DNA of 64,000 nt from Thermoproteota archaeon. GTDB taxonomy: Archaea; Asgardarchaeota; Jordiarchaeia; Jordiarchaeales; Freyrarchaeaceae. The position numbers and the translations under genes are program-made. The notes under the pieces were generated by a model. It did not search any database, was not told where the DNA came from, and saw nothing but the letters and a program-made list of their open reading frames with translations. The stretch covers positions 1 through 64,000 of the forward strand of contig JAPDJY010000023.1 of NCBI GenBank assembly GCA_029258835.1, written 5' to 3'. Shown one piece after another: positions 1 to 9,953 of the stretch. Position 1 is the first letter of the stretch. Each line of letters opens with the position of its first letter.

Positions 1-268
1 TGTTTAAAAGGACAAAAAACTCCTCCTCCACCTGCCTTATCACATAATTATAAGCTTTAGCGAACCCAACATTAGAGTTCATCCTTAAAATTTCAACATC
101 AGGGAAGTAGTCTTCAATGATCCTTAAGGAATTATCTGATGAATGATTATCAACAACCAAAACCCTAAAATTAGGGTAATCTGAAGCACAAACACTTTTT
201 AAACATTGCCTAATGTATTTTTCACCATTAAAATTAAGAATTAAAACTGCCACAGGAGGAGTATTCAT
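1..268 (-). CDS. Glycosyltransferase family 2 protein (N-terminal part; runs off window start)
   Basis: Manual translation MNTPPVAVLILNFNGEKYIRQCLKSV...VLVVDNHSSDNS...NVGFAKAYN...FFVLLN matches the GT2 N-terminal pattern; not in the ORF track. Confidence 0.9.
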   Translation of the reverse strand, partial: MNTPPVAVLILNFNGEKYIRQCLKSVCASDYPNFRVLVVDNHSSDNSLRIIEDYFPDVEILRMNSNVGFAKAYNYVIRQVEEEFFVLLN

Positions 269-699
269 CCACCAAGCACTCCCCATTTAACTGAAATCAT
301 TCAACAGGAGCATATCTTATAATTTTTTTGTTCCCATTTTCTGGCTTTCAAAAGCCACATAATGCAAACTTACCATTTTCGATTTTTAAAATTTTAATTT
401 TTTTTCCAAAAATCTTGGTATGTTTCTTGTCCATTCCCCCTGCTCCCACCATTCAAGTTACATTTCACATTCTCTTTCCCTGCCATCCCTGCTTTTCGAG
501 GATCATTCGGTAAACTCTATACAACTTTTCAAGGCAAATTCCAAGTTAAAAGCAGAAAATTTAAAGGAGGAAAGTAAGTTTCTCCTCCTTAACAGGAAGG
601 GAAAGAAAAGATTAAGGGCTAGATGCTGTCCATGCAAAGGGTGCTGAAAGTCTCTCTTAACTAATTAACTAACTAAATAATGTTAACTTTGGAGGGAGC

Positions 700-2583
700 G
701 TGGTGATTGGTTCCATTCAACTACTTCTCTCCTTAAAAGAGAGGAGACGTTCTCTGCCTCTTTTCATCGTCTTCCTTACAAGTACGGTGTACGTTTCAAC
801 CTCTTCCTACATAACTATTTCTAAGTTTTTTGCTTTCAGAGACACCGCTCTTGACCTCGGTGTTTTCGAGCAGGGGTTGTGGTCAACCATCACATTTGGT
901 TTACTCTTTTGGAACACTCCCGAGCTAACTTCCCACTTCGCAGTCCACTTCGACCCGGTACTTTTCTTATTGCTACCTTTCTACGTTTTCTACCCCTCGC
1001 CCTCTTTTGTTTTATTTCTCCAGTCTTTTCTCATAGGGTTTAGCGCCATCCCTCTTTTTCTTTTTGCTAAAAACGAGCTGAAAAGCGATTCACTATCATT
1101 CCTAACTGTGATAATATATTTGCTGTATCCTCCCTTGCACGGTGTTAACTGGTTTGATTTCCATCCCGAATGTTTACTCCCCCTCCTCCTTTTCACAGCG
1201 TTCTATTATTTTCAGAGGAATTCTTTCTTTAAGGCAACGTTTTTCTTTTTACTTTCCATGATGTGCAAGGAGATCGTTTCAATTTTTATTTTTCTTATTT
1301 CATTCTGCCTTTTAACTGAAACCCTCTTGAGGCATAATAATTTGAAATTCAAAGAGCTTGCGAGAAGCGAGAACGCTAAGTTTTCCCTAGCGAACATGTT
1401 CATGTCGGCTGTATGGTTTATTGTTTCATCGAGGGTTCCCTTCTTATTTAATCCTCTTTCACCTACAGGTTTCTACTATCCGTGGTTTCACATGTTCTCC
1501 CCCCTGAAAAACCTAGGGGTATCTTGGTATATCTTTAACCTAGTGTACCTTCGACAGATGCTTCAATCCATTTTTCGCTCGTCTCCCCCCATAGTCTCGA
1601 TTATGCTATGGCTTCAAATAAACCAGTTTAGCATCCTAAATCTAGGTGTTAACATTGTTTTAAACCCTGTTTACACGTTTCAAGTGATGACTTCGCCCAT
1701 TTCATATAAAGTGTTCTTCCTAGAGGGTGTTCTAGGTCCACTCCTGCTCCTCCCTCTCTTGTCTCCTGTTTTTATGCTTCCATCCATCCCCTGGATTGTC
1801 TTTGCTCTCACAGCTGCTTCATCCACATACTTTACGCCGGTAGGCTATCAGCACATCGCCATGATCATTCCGATACTATTCATATCTTTCGTCTACGGCT
1901 TAAAGAGGCTCCTTACCAGTTTAGACGGCTTCGTGAAAATTATCATCAGGTTTGAGGAATTGTTAATGGTAAAGTTTGGCCCTTTCCTCCTAGGCTACCT
2001 CCCCAAGTTTTTAATCAAGCTATACTCCTCCTACAGGAGGAGGATTAATTACCCGTCCGTTATCCTTGTCTTCCTCGTTATCATCCTTCTCTTCAACTCT
2101 TTCGCGTTTTTCATTTCAATGAGCCCCTTTTCTCATAGTTTAGGAGAGACCGAAGTCACCCTGAATAAACAAGTTTTACTTGCAGTTTCTCGACTAATAC
2201 CTCCAGGATCAACCGTCGCCACTCAAAACGATATTTTTCCGCATCTATCACATAACTTATGGGCGTTCCCAGACTATTATGATTTCATGCAATACGACTA
2301 CATTCTAGTGAAAACTAGGAGCCCATGGTACTCCAAGTATCTTTTAGTTACAACTAAAGTTATACTTAATTCCACACCGTTAAGCGACGTCGTGCAGAAC
2401 CTAATAGAACGTGGCACTTACGGAGTGCTAATTTCAATAGACGACATCATCCTACTTAAGCGAAACTACTCGGGTTCCCCGTTAATCAACTTTACAGGAT
2501 ACCTAGGAGAATCTGCGGGCATATACGAGCAAATAATATATGTAATAACACACCTTGCTAATTCCTCTAAATCTACGTCCTAA
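700..2583 (+). CDS. DUF2079-family polytopic membrane protein (GT-C-like)
   Basis: DLGVFEQGLW, HFDPVLFLLLP and NWFDFHPE motifs; many TM segments; low-GC region next to a GT2 gene. Confidence 0.75.
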   Translation: MVIGSIQLLLSLKERRRSLPLFIVFLTSTVYVSTSSYITISKFFAFRDTALDLGVFEQGLWSTITFGLLFWNTPELTSHFAVHFDPVLFLLLPFYVFYPSPSFVLFLQSFLIGFSAIPLFLFAKNELKSDSLSFLTVIIYLLYPPLHGVNWFDFHPECLLPLLLFTAFYYFQRNSFFKATFFFLLSMMCKEIVSIFIFLISFCLLTETLLRHNNLKFKELARSENAKFSLANMFMSAVWFIVSSRVPFLFNPLSPTGFYYPWFHMFSPLKNLGVSWYIFNLVYLRQMLQSIFRSSPPIVSIMLWLQINQFSILNLGVNIVLNPVYTFQVMTSPISYKVFFLEGVLGPLLLLPLLSPVFMLPSIPWIVFALTAASSTYFTPVGYQHIAMIIPILFISFVYGLKRLLTSLDGFVKIIIRFEELLMVKFGPFLLGYLPKFLIKLYSSYRRRINYPSVILVFLVIILLFNSFAFFISMSPFSHSLGETEVTLNKQVLLAVSRLIPPGSTVATQNDIFPHLSHNLWAFPDYYDFMQYDYILVKTRSPWYSKYLLVTTKVILNSTPLSDVVQNLIERGTYGVLISIDDIILLKRNYSGSPLINFTGYLGESAGIYEQIIYVITHLANSSKSTS

Positions 2584-2689
2584 CGTTGAAGGTAGGGTCG
2601 CCGAACAGGGGAACACTAATTTTTTTCCTTATCTAAATCCACCAACTTTTAAGCGGGAAGGTTCAGCGGACGTAGTCTTTTATAGACAT

Positions 2690-2993
2690 GTGTCCGCCTT
2701 GGGGCACATCAACCTCGGCTCCCTCGGGGTTCATTGGGAGCAGGTCATCGGTCTCGCCCCCATTCGGGGTAACCCCACTCCCCCTCAGGATCGGGAGGAT
2801 TACCTCCTCCCAAGCCTTCATTGAAGGAGGAAAAACCCACATCCTTAGGTAAAGATTTTATTGAAGCGCTCAACTGTCTGTTAATAATCAACCTACACCT
2901 GCCACATTCCAAGGACTGCCCTCTTCGGCGCCTTATCCCTTCACCACGTCTGGGACAGGTTTAGTCGAATTACGAGGATCTAATAGTTTTACT
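2690..2993 (-). pseudogene. tnpB: TnpB C-terminal remnant plus structured 3' (omegaRNA-like) end
   Basis: Frameshifted translation VKLLDPRNST/TCPRRGE...LECGRCRLIINRQLSASI resembles the TnpB zinc-finger/RuvC-III region; followed by GC-rich hairpins. Confidence 0.7.
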
Positions 2994-3289
2994 TAGCTTT
3001 ATAACTCATCAAAGCTAATTGTCTGCTTTCCAATAATGTTAAGGGCTACAGGCTGTGTTTGCTGTACCGAGGGCTCCCGCCTCAAACGATGGATAAGTTT
3101 ACGTCTTGAATCCATACGAGGCGGTAGCGGTTTTCGCAGATGTTGATGGACGATTTTTAAGGAGGAAAACTTTAACTTTTAATTATGCTCGGCTGGTGGC
3201 TGAGGTATTGAGGCCTCACAGCCTTAGGGGGAGGCAGACACAGCTAAAGACGCAAGTTTCCTTTCTCAAGAGGGCTTCCTAAAAAGGAG

Positions 3290-3365
3290 GCGAAACCAGT
3301 GACATTCACCGGTGAAGCCGAGGAGGAACGAGGTTGATACGCCCAAGGCGGACGTCAAAGCCACG
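3290..3365 (+). mobile_element. Second TnpB-element 3'-end-like remnant, inverted relative to 2690-2740
   Basis: cgaggttgatacgcccaaggcggac here versus cgaggttgatgtgccccaaggcggac on the minus strand at ~2692-2717. Confidence 0.5.
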
Positions 3366-3562
3366 TCCGCTGAACCCCTACTGCTTCCTCCCTTTAATTT
3401 CTCCTTCTGCAACTATCGTCTCCCTAAAGGGATGTTTCTTGGGGAGGGAGATGCCAGCTGGGTCGGGTGAACCCTACAGCTTACTGGGGGAACGTTACGT
3501 GCCTTTCTCCCTCAACCCTCTTTGCATCACATGGCGGTATTTCGGAGCATTCCGGGCTTATC

Positions 3563-4375
3563 TTAGATTTCACGCCCTATCATTAAGTCTATGTTGTATT
3601 TTTCGGAGAGTTTCCTTATCTCCCTAGCCACTTCCCTGGGAGCCGTTAGAACTACTAGGAAGAGCATGGGCTCTCTCCCGTACTTTTCCTTTGCGACCCC
3701 GGCTTTTCTGAGGAGCTTGTCGACCTCGTCGCTGCTCTCAGCGTGCGCCGTTACCTCCCCAACAATTAACGGGTCCTCATAGAACAGGTTCACCTCTTCC
3801 CCATCAAGCACAACCCTCTCAAGTCGGGCTCCGTCCGGCAAGACCCCCATTCTCGCCAGGGATCCGCTCAGCATCGCTCTTACAAACTCCTCGAAGGTCA
3901 CACCCGCAAACTTCCTGAGGGAGTCGAAGCCGACAAGCATACTTCCCTCAAGTCGCTTAAAAGCCATTTCAAGCCGACTATGTCCCTTCCGCAACTCAAT
4001 GTGTCCCTCTTCTAAACGCTCAATTCTAGCGAGCATCTTGTTGAAGTCCTCCCTGAGCCTAACCTGCTCCTCCCTGAGCTCGCTGATCTCTTCCCAGATC
4101 TTCGTCTGCTCCTCCCTGAACCTCACCTGCTCCTCACGCATCTTGTTAAAGTCCTCTCTGAGCCCCCTGACCTCCTCCCAGATTTTTGTTTGTTCTCTTC
4201 TTATTTGTGCTCTTTCTTCTTCTGCTTTTTCCAGTCTTTCCAGTATTTTCTGGATTGTTTGCTGGTGTGTGTCCATTCTCTTTATTATTTCGTCTAGTCC
4301 CAGGTAGCCCAGGACTGCGTACCTGAACTCCCTATCCTTCTCCAGCAGATCCAAGAACTCGTCCTTAAGGGTCAA
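3563..4375 (-). CDS. Coiled-coil protein with C-terminal PD-(D/E)XK-like domain (DUF3782-type)
   Basis: N-terminal FLDLLEKDREFRYAVLGYLG, heptad repeats, C-terminal EVNL...IVGEVT; likely TTG start at 4375. Confidence 0.7.
   Translation of the reverse strand: MTLKDEFLDLLEKDREFRYAVLGYLGLDEIIKRMDTHQQTIQKILERLEKAEEERAQIRREQTKIWEEVRGLREDFNKMREEQVRFREEQTKIWEEISELREEQVRLREDFNKMLARIERLEEGHIELRKGHSRLEMAFKRLEGSMLVGFDSLRKFAGVTFEEFVRAMLSGSLARMGVLPDGARLERVVLDGEEVNLFYEDPLIVGEVTAHAESSDEVDKLLRKAGVAKEKYGREPMLFLVVLTAPREVAREIRKLSEKYNIDLMIGREI
4030..4200 (-). repeat. Intragenic ~21-nt modular repeats encoding heptads (REEQTKIWEE / REDFNKM / REEQVRL)
   Basis: Repeated ctgctcctccctga and catcttgtt(g/a)aagtcctc(c/t)ctgag units. 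Confidence 0.8.
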
Positions 4376-4500
4376 CCACACACACCCTAAGAGAATAACA
4401 GGATCGAACTTATTTAAGATGAACGATTCCCTCTCTTCTCGTTGTTTCTTTTTCGGGTTGTGTTGGGTGTGGCTGGGGTTTGGTGGTTCTGCTGGTGTTT

Positions 4501-5535
4501 TCAGGTTGTGGTGAAGTAGAATACCCATTTGAGTATGGTTAGGGCTGCTATTATGGTTGAGGCTGCGATGACTGGTATGAGTGATTTTACTGTTATGCTT
4601 CTTCTTGTTTGGGGGGCGTACACGAACTGGGCTGGCTCGTTTAGTGTTACCTCCATCTTCTCGATCACCTTCGGTATTTCGGGTAGCTGCTTCTCTGACT
4701 CGGTGAGGGTTTTCAGTAGTAGGTGGTATTCCCTGTTCTCTATGTGGTCTAGGAGTTTCTTCGCTATTTGCTTGGCCTTTTCCACGTTCTTTTTTTCTCC
4801 ATGGATCATGGCGAGGGTTATGGTTGCCAGGTAGGGTTGAGGGTTGAGTTCGCCTATTTGCTTGATGTTTCGGAGGACGGCGTCTGTCACCATGACGTTG
4901 AGGAGGAGTGTTAAGTGCTCTATTTTCCTGTAGTCCTCCTTTGTGGGGGGTTCAGCCACCTCGTCTACCACCTCCTTGCATGCCTCCGTGAGCCGCTCTT
5001 CGTCGTCCAAGTTGGGCTGGAGGAGGAAGGCTACCGGGAGCGCCAGGGACGCCGCCGTGGAGTAGAGGAGGACCCGGTACAGGGTTAGAAGGTGCTCTTG
5101 GAGGACGTTGAACCATATTAGGGCTGCGGCTGCAGCCTGAACTAGGAGGGCTAAGTATGCGAGCACGAGGAGGGCTGCTGAAGCCTTCTTGTTCTCCTTC
5201 CAGTACTCGATGTAGGGGAGGGAGGGCATGTGGTTTCTCAGGATTTCCCCCTTAAGCCTATCCGACAATTTGACCGCGACAGCCGTTAGGGATGCCGTCA
5301 CAGCTGCGAAGACGGCTACCTTGCCAGCGTACTCCCTCACGTAGAAGATGTTCGTGTTGACGTAGTAGAGGTAGTTTCCCAGCTGTAGTGGAACGTACAG
5401 CGGGGTGAATGCGAACACCACCGTCATGTAGAATGCTGCAAGCAGGAATGCTGCAGCGAGCGCCGCAACCAGGTAGGGGGTAAACCGCCTCCTTAACAGC
5501 GTGAGAGGAGACTTCACGCGGGCACCTCCAAACAA
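4501..5535 (-). CDS. Hypothetical membrane protein
   Basis: 344-aa ORF with 4 N-terminal hydrophobic segments, a helical soluble region and a C-terminal TM. Confidence 0.65.
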   Translation of the reverse strand: MFGGARVKSPLTLLRRRFTPYLVAALAAAFLLAAFYMTVVFAFTPLYVPLQLGNYLYYVNTNIFYVREYAGKVAVFAAVTASLTAVAVKLSDRLKGEILRNHMPSLPYIEYWKENKKASAALLVLAYLALLVQAAAAALIWFNVLQEHLLTLYRVLLYSTAASLALPVAFLLQPNLDDEERLTEACKEVVDEVAEPPTKEDYRKIEHLTLLLNVMVTDAVLRNIKQIGELNPQPYLATITLAMIHGEKKNVEKAKQIAKKLLDHIENREYHLLLKTLTESEKQLPEIPKVIEKMEVTLNEPAQFVYAPQTRRSITVKSLIPVIAASTIIAALTILKWVFYFTTT

Positions 5536-5820
5536 CGTTAAGCGACCATTTAATGATTAGCATCAACTTTTAAGCCTTTAGCTTTAAAGGGATGGTGATG
5601 TCTTGGGGAAGGCTTTCCTTTACCGCTTCTTTCCGGGCTCGTCGACGTGCACTACGTGGACGTGCTCGGATGGCTTCAGCCCATACCTTGCTTGGAGGGC
5701 GTTACAGCAGTTTCCAGGTAAGTCTTATGTGGCACGTTATGTGGCGTGTTGTGGGATGGCGGGGAGGGTCCGGGTGTGTGGCGTTGAATCGGCGCTGAGG
5801 GGAAAAGGGGTGCTACATGG

Positions 5821-6183
5821 TCATCGCAGGTCGGAGGCGAAATCCGAGAAGAAGGCTATGTAGGCTACGACTTCCTCTAGGTAGTTGCTGGCGTCCTCGC
5901 TGAGGCGGAGGATGGTTGAGGAGCTGGCGTTCTCGACGTATTTCCCCTTTAACCGAAACCTCGTTGAGCCCGAGGAGGAGTATATGCCATTTCTATCATA
6001 CCTTCCGATCGTGTTTCTGCTGGAATTCATTATGTAACCGTCCTCCACGAAGCCTATCGTGTTACGGCTTGAATCCATCACGCGCCCGTTCTCAACGTAG
6101 CCCAGCGTAGAGCCGGAGTAGGTCATTATCCTTCCTCTCTCGATCCTAGCAATGGTGCTTCCTGAGGAAGAGGACACGTACAA
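5821..6183 (-). CDS. Small beta-repeat protein (5-fold beta-flower-like)
   Basis: Repeats of the form (Y/M)xSSGSTIGxVExG; SD-like GGTGG upstream of the TTG. Confidence 0.65.
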   Translation of the reverse strand: MYVSSSSGSTIARIERGRIMTYSGSTLGYVENGRVMDSSRNTIGFVEDGYIMNSSRNTIGRYDRNGIYSSSGSTRFRLKGKYVENASSSTILRLSEDASNYLEEVVAYIAFFSDFASDLR

Positions 6184-6329
6184 ACGTCCACCATCCTGAA
6201 ACGTTCTTTAAATAAGAAAATTGCAGTTTTGAGATTTAAATAATGCTTCTTCTCTTTCTTCTCTCAAATACGTAAACCAACGGATGATTGCCGAATGGTT
6301 AATTTTATGTTTTTATTGGGGTTGTGAAG

Positions 6330-7200
6330 GGGTTCTCCTCGGCGACACCCACCTGTTCTGGTTTGGCTGGGGAAGCCTGAAGCTGGCAACGCATAAAGGA
6401 CGCATCACGATTCCGTTCAAACTCCATAGACATGCGGGGAAGTTCAAGGACTTGGGGGTTAAGGGGTCTAGGCTGGTGAAAAATGGAGACGAATACTACC
6501 TCCACGTAACCTTCAGGAGGACGGTTGAAACGAGGAGGCCTGAAGGTTTACTCGGAATAGATTTGAATGAGAGGAGCATCGACCTAGCCGTCGTAAAGCC
6601 CGGTAAGGTTGAATTTATCAAGATAGACATGAGTGAGGCTAAACACGTCAGAGACGGGTGTTTCAGGAAGAGGAGGAGCATACAAAGCAAAACATCGGGA
6701 CGGAGAGCAGGCTCTTAGCTAAATACTCCGGAAGGGAAAAGAGGCGAGTTAACGCAATACTCCACAAAACATCCAAGATAGTCGCCGAAATCGTAAAAGG
6801 AGAGAAGGTTATTCCGGTGATGGAGGGGTTGAAAGGCATCAGAAGAAGGTTGAGATACGGTAAAAGGATGAACAGAGGACTGCGCAGCATGCCATTCAGA
6901 AAGATACAGTTCTACATCTCGTACAAGTCTATGGAGCGTGGATTTAAGCCGGGGTTCGTTAAAGCCAAGAATACTTCCCGCGTGCCCGACATGTGGCGAA
7001 TTAAGTAGCCGAATGGGCACGTGTTCAAATGCAGGAGATGCGGCTTCCAAGCGGATAGACAGCTGACAGCCGCTTGGAACATAGCGAGTAGACTCCCGAT
7101 GTGGGGTGCTTCACCGTTGCCCCCGAAAGCCCTCAATGAACCGCTAACCATAGTGGTGAGGGGAAGGGATGAAAATCTATGAATCCCACAACGGTAAACG
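6330..7200 (+). pseudogene. tnpB: TnpB pseudogene (5'-truncated, frameshifted, internal stop)
   Basis: LGIDLNE (RuvC-I), PVMEGLKGIR (RuvC-II), FKCRRCGFQADRQLTAAWNIA (ZnF/RuvC-III); homologous to 53905-55030. Confidence 0.9.
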
Positions 7201-7304
7201 CGCCGAAGCAGCTCCGGAGCCCTAAATGGCTTGGGAAAGCGTAAACCCTAACTTTAGGTGGAGCAGCCACATCCACCAAGAACAAATAAAAAGGGTTAAA
7301 AGGG

Positions 7305-9701
7305 TTAGATTGGAGGCTTCCGCAGCACTGTCACCTGGCGGGTAGCCGCGAAGGGGCTAAACTCACGCCCAGTCCCGTTATAAAACTTTAAGAACCACTC
7401 CACCCAGTGGAGACGGAGGGTGTGTAGGAACGATAGTAATCCTTCAAAGGATAGTATGAATAGTGACATTAGTGCTGCTCCTATCAGGGACTCGGTGACG
7501 ACCTGTGGTATGGTGTACACGAGGACTTGTGTGGTTGTGATCGTTGTCGTTAGGGCTGGCGTGTATGGTGGTATTTGGAGGCCTAGGTCTGAGAAGATGT
7601 GGTGCACTGCTGCTAGGGCGAGGATTCGTGCGAAGCTTACCGTGTGGGATAGGAGGGCTAGTGCTTGGTCGAAGATTTCGGAGAATCCTTCCGACTTGTC
7701 GTGTGAAATGGATATGGTTCCAATGAAGGCCATCATTATTGGTAGGAGTACGCAGAGGACCACCATTATCGTTATTGGTGGAAGGTGTATTTCAAAGTGG
7801 GATCTGGAAGTCCAGAGGAACAGTTGCTGAACTAAGCGCACGTTTTCCATCATGGGTTCTGGCAGGAGGTGGAGGACTTCGAGGAGCTCTACCGTGTGCC
7901 AGAGGCTGCTGTCGAAGAGGTTTGGTGCTAGGGGTTCGAAGACCTTTAAGGGTCTTAGCGTCATGTAGAAGGGGGTTGAAAGCCTTGTTATAAGCTCCTG
8001 GCTTATGCGGGTGGCTTCCAACATGTTGGCTAAGGCTGCTGTCTGTGTTTCAGCGTGGGCGTGGAGGAGCTCCGTTAGCCGGCTGTAGAGCTGGGTGGTG
8101 GATGGGTCGAAGAGCTGCGGGGGGATCGTCGAGAACCACTTGGTGAAGTCTACTCCGTACTGGTCGCTGAACACTATGGTTGCCGCCCCCAGGTGGGTCC
8201 ACATCAGGCATATTGGCATGAAGAATGCTTCCTTAAGCTTCCTCTCATGGTAGAGGTTGACTATGCTGAGGAAGAAGCCAAAGTTTATCTCTATCACCGC
8301 TACCACTATGGATAGCCTTAGGAGCCTGAAGTTCCCCTCGTGGGTGAAGGGGTTAAACCATAAGGGGTTCACAATGTGGTGTGAGCCTAAGAAGGACCCG
8401 TAGAGGAAGCCGAAAAATATCGATGCTAGGCCACACCAGAAGAGGAGGCTTCCCGCCTTGAGGCCGTAGCCTATGAGTTCGCCGACAACGGGGTTTCTTG
8501 TGCGCCAGGCGACTAGGGCGAGGCCTATTAGGGCGAGCATTGCCCCGTGCATCACGTCGCCGAACATCATGCCGAATATTATCGGGAAGGTCAGTATCAT
8601 GAACTTTGTAGGGTCTATTTCGTCGTAGCGTGGTATCCCGAAGCTTTTCACGAGGGCTTCGTATGGCTCTGCTATCCTTGGATTTTCAAGCTTTGTTGGC
8701 CGTTCCTCCTCCGGTATTGCCGGCTCTACGACCTCCGCTATGGCTGTCTTATCCGTCGCCTTATCTATTGCTTGGATCAGCCTTTTCGCGGATTTTACCG
8801 GCACCCACCCCCAGAGCTCAACCGTGGTCTCCGTCCTCCTGAGGTAGCCTTTCACCTCCATGCGCTCCCTTTCTATGGCGAGGAGCTCCCTGCACGCGAG
8901 GAGGTTGTAGCCGTGCTGCATGATGATCTTCCGCTTCCTCTCCTCAAGCTTCCTGAGCTTCTCCTCCAGCGCGGCGACCTTCCTCCTCGTCTTCTCTATC
9001 ACCGCCTCGGTTGAGCCCTTGAGGTCGGATGGGATCTTAAACTCTTCAAAGCCGAACGCCGTTAGGAGGCGCTGAACCACTTCCTTGTTCTCCCTCATGA
9101 CCGCGACTAGGAGGGCAGACCTGTTTTCGCCTATCTCGGCGTGGTGGAAAACGTATTCTCCCTCTGTTACCTCAGCCACCCTCCACCTTACCATATCCAC
9201 CTTACCGGTGGATATGGTTCCGGTCGTGGCGTAGACGTACCTTCCCTCGCCTAGCTGGGTGATCTCTATCCCAAGGGGCTTCACCGTTTCCGCGATTTTC
9301 AGGAGGCCGCGCTGTTGCTCGAGTTCCTGGGTCGCGTTCATAAGCTCCTCCCTGAGCTTGTCTATCTGTGGCGCCGCCGCCTCCAAGGTTTTCTCAGCCA
9401 TCGAGATCACGTCTGAGAGCTTCTCGTCGTCCACGGCCATTTTTTTGCTGTCGGGCAGCCTCGCAATGTACGGCACATACTGTTCTAGCTCCAAGTAGTC
9501 CACGTACCTTTGGATGTCCCCTAGAAGCTGGATGGCGGCCTTCTCCTCCTCGGTCGGCGGGGGGGCTGCGCTACCCTTCTCCTCTATGTCTATCAACTCG
9601 ACCTCTCCGAACTCGTGAATGCACCTGATCAGGCTGCGCTCATAGTCCCGGTGGCAGATGACCTTTAGAATTCCTTGCCTGGCAGGACGCGGCCAAACCA
9701 T
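7305..9701 (-). CDS. atpI: A/V-type ATP synthase subunit I (a)
   Basis: PTKLENP, PRYDEIDPT, FGMMFGDVMHG, SHTVSFARILAL and LHTLRLHWVEW motifs; ATG 9701 preferred. Confidence 0.95.
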   Translation of the reverse strand: MVWPRPARQGILKVICHRDYERSLIRCIHEFGEVELIDIEEKGSAAPPPTEEEKAAIQLLGDIQRYVDYLELEQYVPYIARLPDSKKMAVDDEKLSDVISMAEKTLEAAAPQIDKLREELMNATQELEQQRGLLKIAETVKPLGIEITQLGEGRYVYATTGTISTGKVDMVRWRVAEVTEGEYVFHHAEIGENRSALLVAVMRENKEVVQRLLTAFGFEEFKIPSDLKGSTEAVIEKTRRKVAALEEKLRKLEERKRKIIMQHGYNLLACRELLAIERERMEVKGYLRRTETTVELWGWVPVKSAKRLIQAIDKATDKTAIAEVVEPAIPEEERPTKLENPRIAEPYEALVKSFGIPRYDEIDPTKFMILTFPIIFGMMFGDVMHGAMLALIGLALVAWRTRNPVVGELIGYGLKAGSLLFWCGLASIFFGFLYGSFLGSHHIVNPLWFNPFTHEGNFRLLRLSIVVAVIEINFGFFLSIVNLYHERKLKEAFFMPICLMWTHLGAATIVFSDQYGVDFTKWFSTIPPQLFDPSTTQLYSRLTELLHAHAETQTAALANMLEATRISQELITRLSTPFYMTLRPLKVFEPLAPNLFDSSLWHTVELLEVLHLLPEPMMENVRLVQQLFLWTSRSHFEIHLPPITIMVVLCVLLPIMMAFIGTISISHDKSEGFSEIFDQALALLSHTVSFARILALAAVHHIFSDLGLQIPPYTPALTTTITTTQVLVYTIPQVVTESLIGAALMSLFILSFEGLLSFLHTLRLHWVEWFLKFYNGTGREFSPFAATRQVTVLRKPPI

Positions 9702-9800
9702 CCTGGTTCCCTCAACAAGTGGGTGAGAGGCCGTTATGATGGGGTCACCCACCAATCGATCGAGTAAGCATTATATACTTTTTGTTTAGGAAGCGAGAGG

Positions 9801-9937
9801 GGGCTGAGCGTCATCCTTGACCGGTTGCTTAAGCGTGACCGGGAAACTTTCTCGCCTCGAACGGCCTATTACCCGCCACCTAGAGGGCGTGCTCGGGTGG
9901 GCCGCCCCTCCGGGTGAAGGGAAGGACGTTAAAGCCC
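9801..9937 (+). ncRNA. Candidate structured ncRNA of unknown class
   Basis: Closing stems gggct/agccc and agcgtc/gacgtt, several internal hairpins, G-U wobbles favouring the + strand, TTATATA at 9771-9777. Confidence 0.4.
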
Positions 9938-9953
9938 GGCTTCCAGCTGGGGG

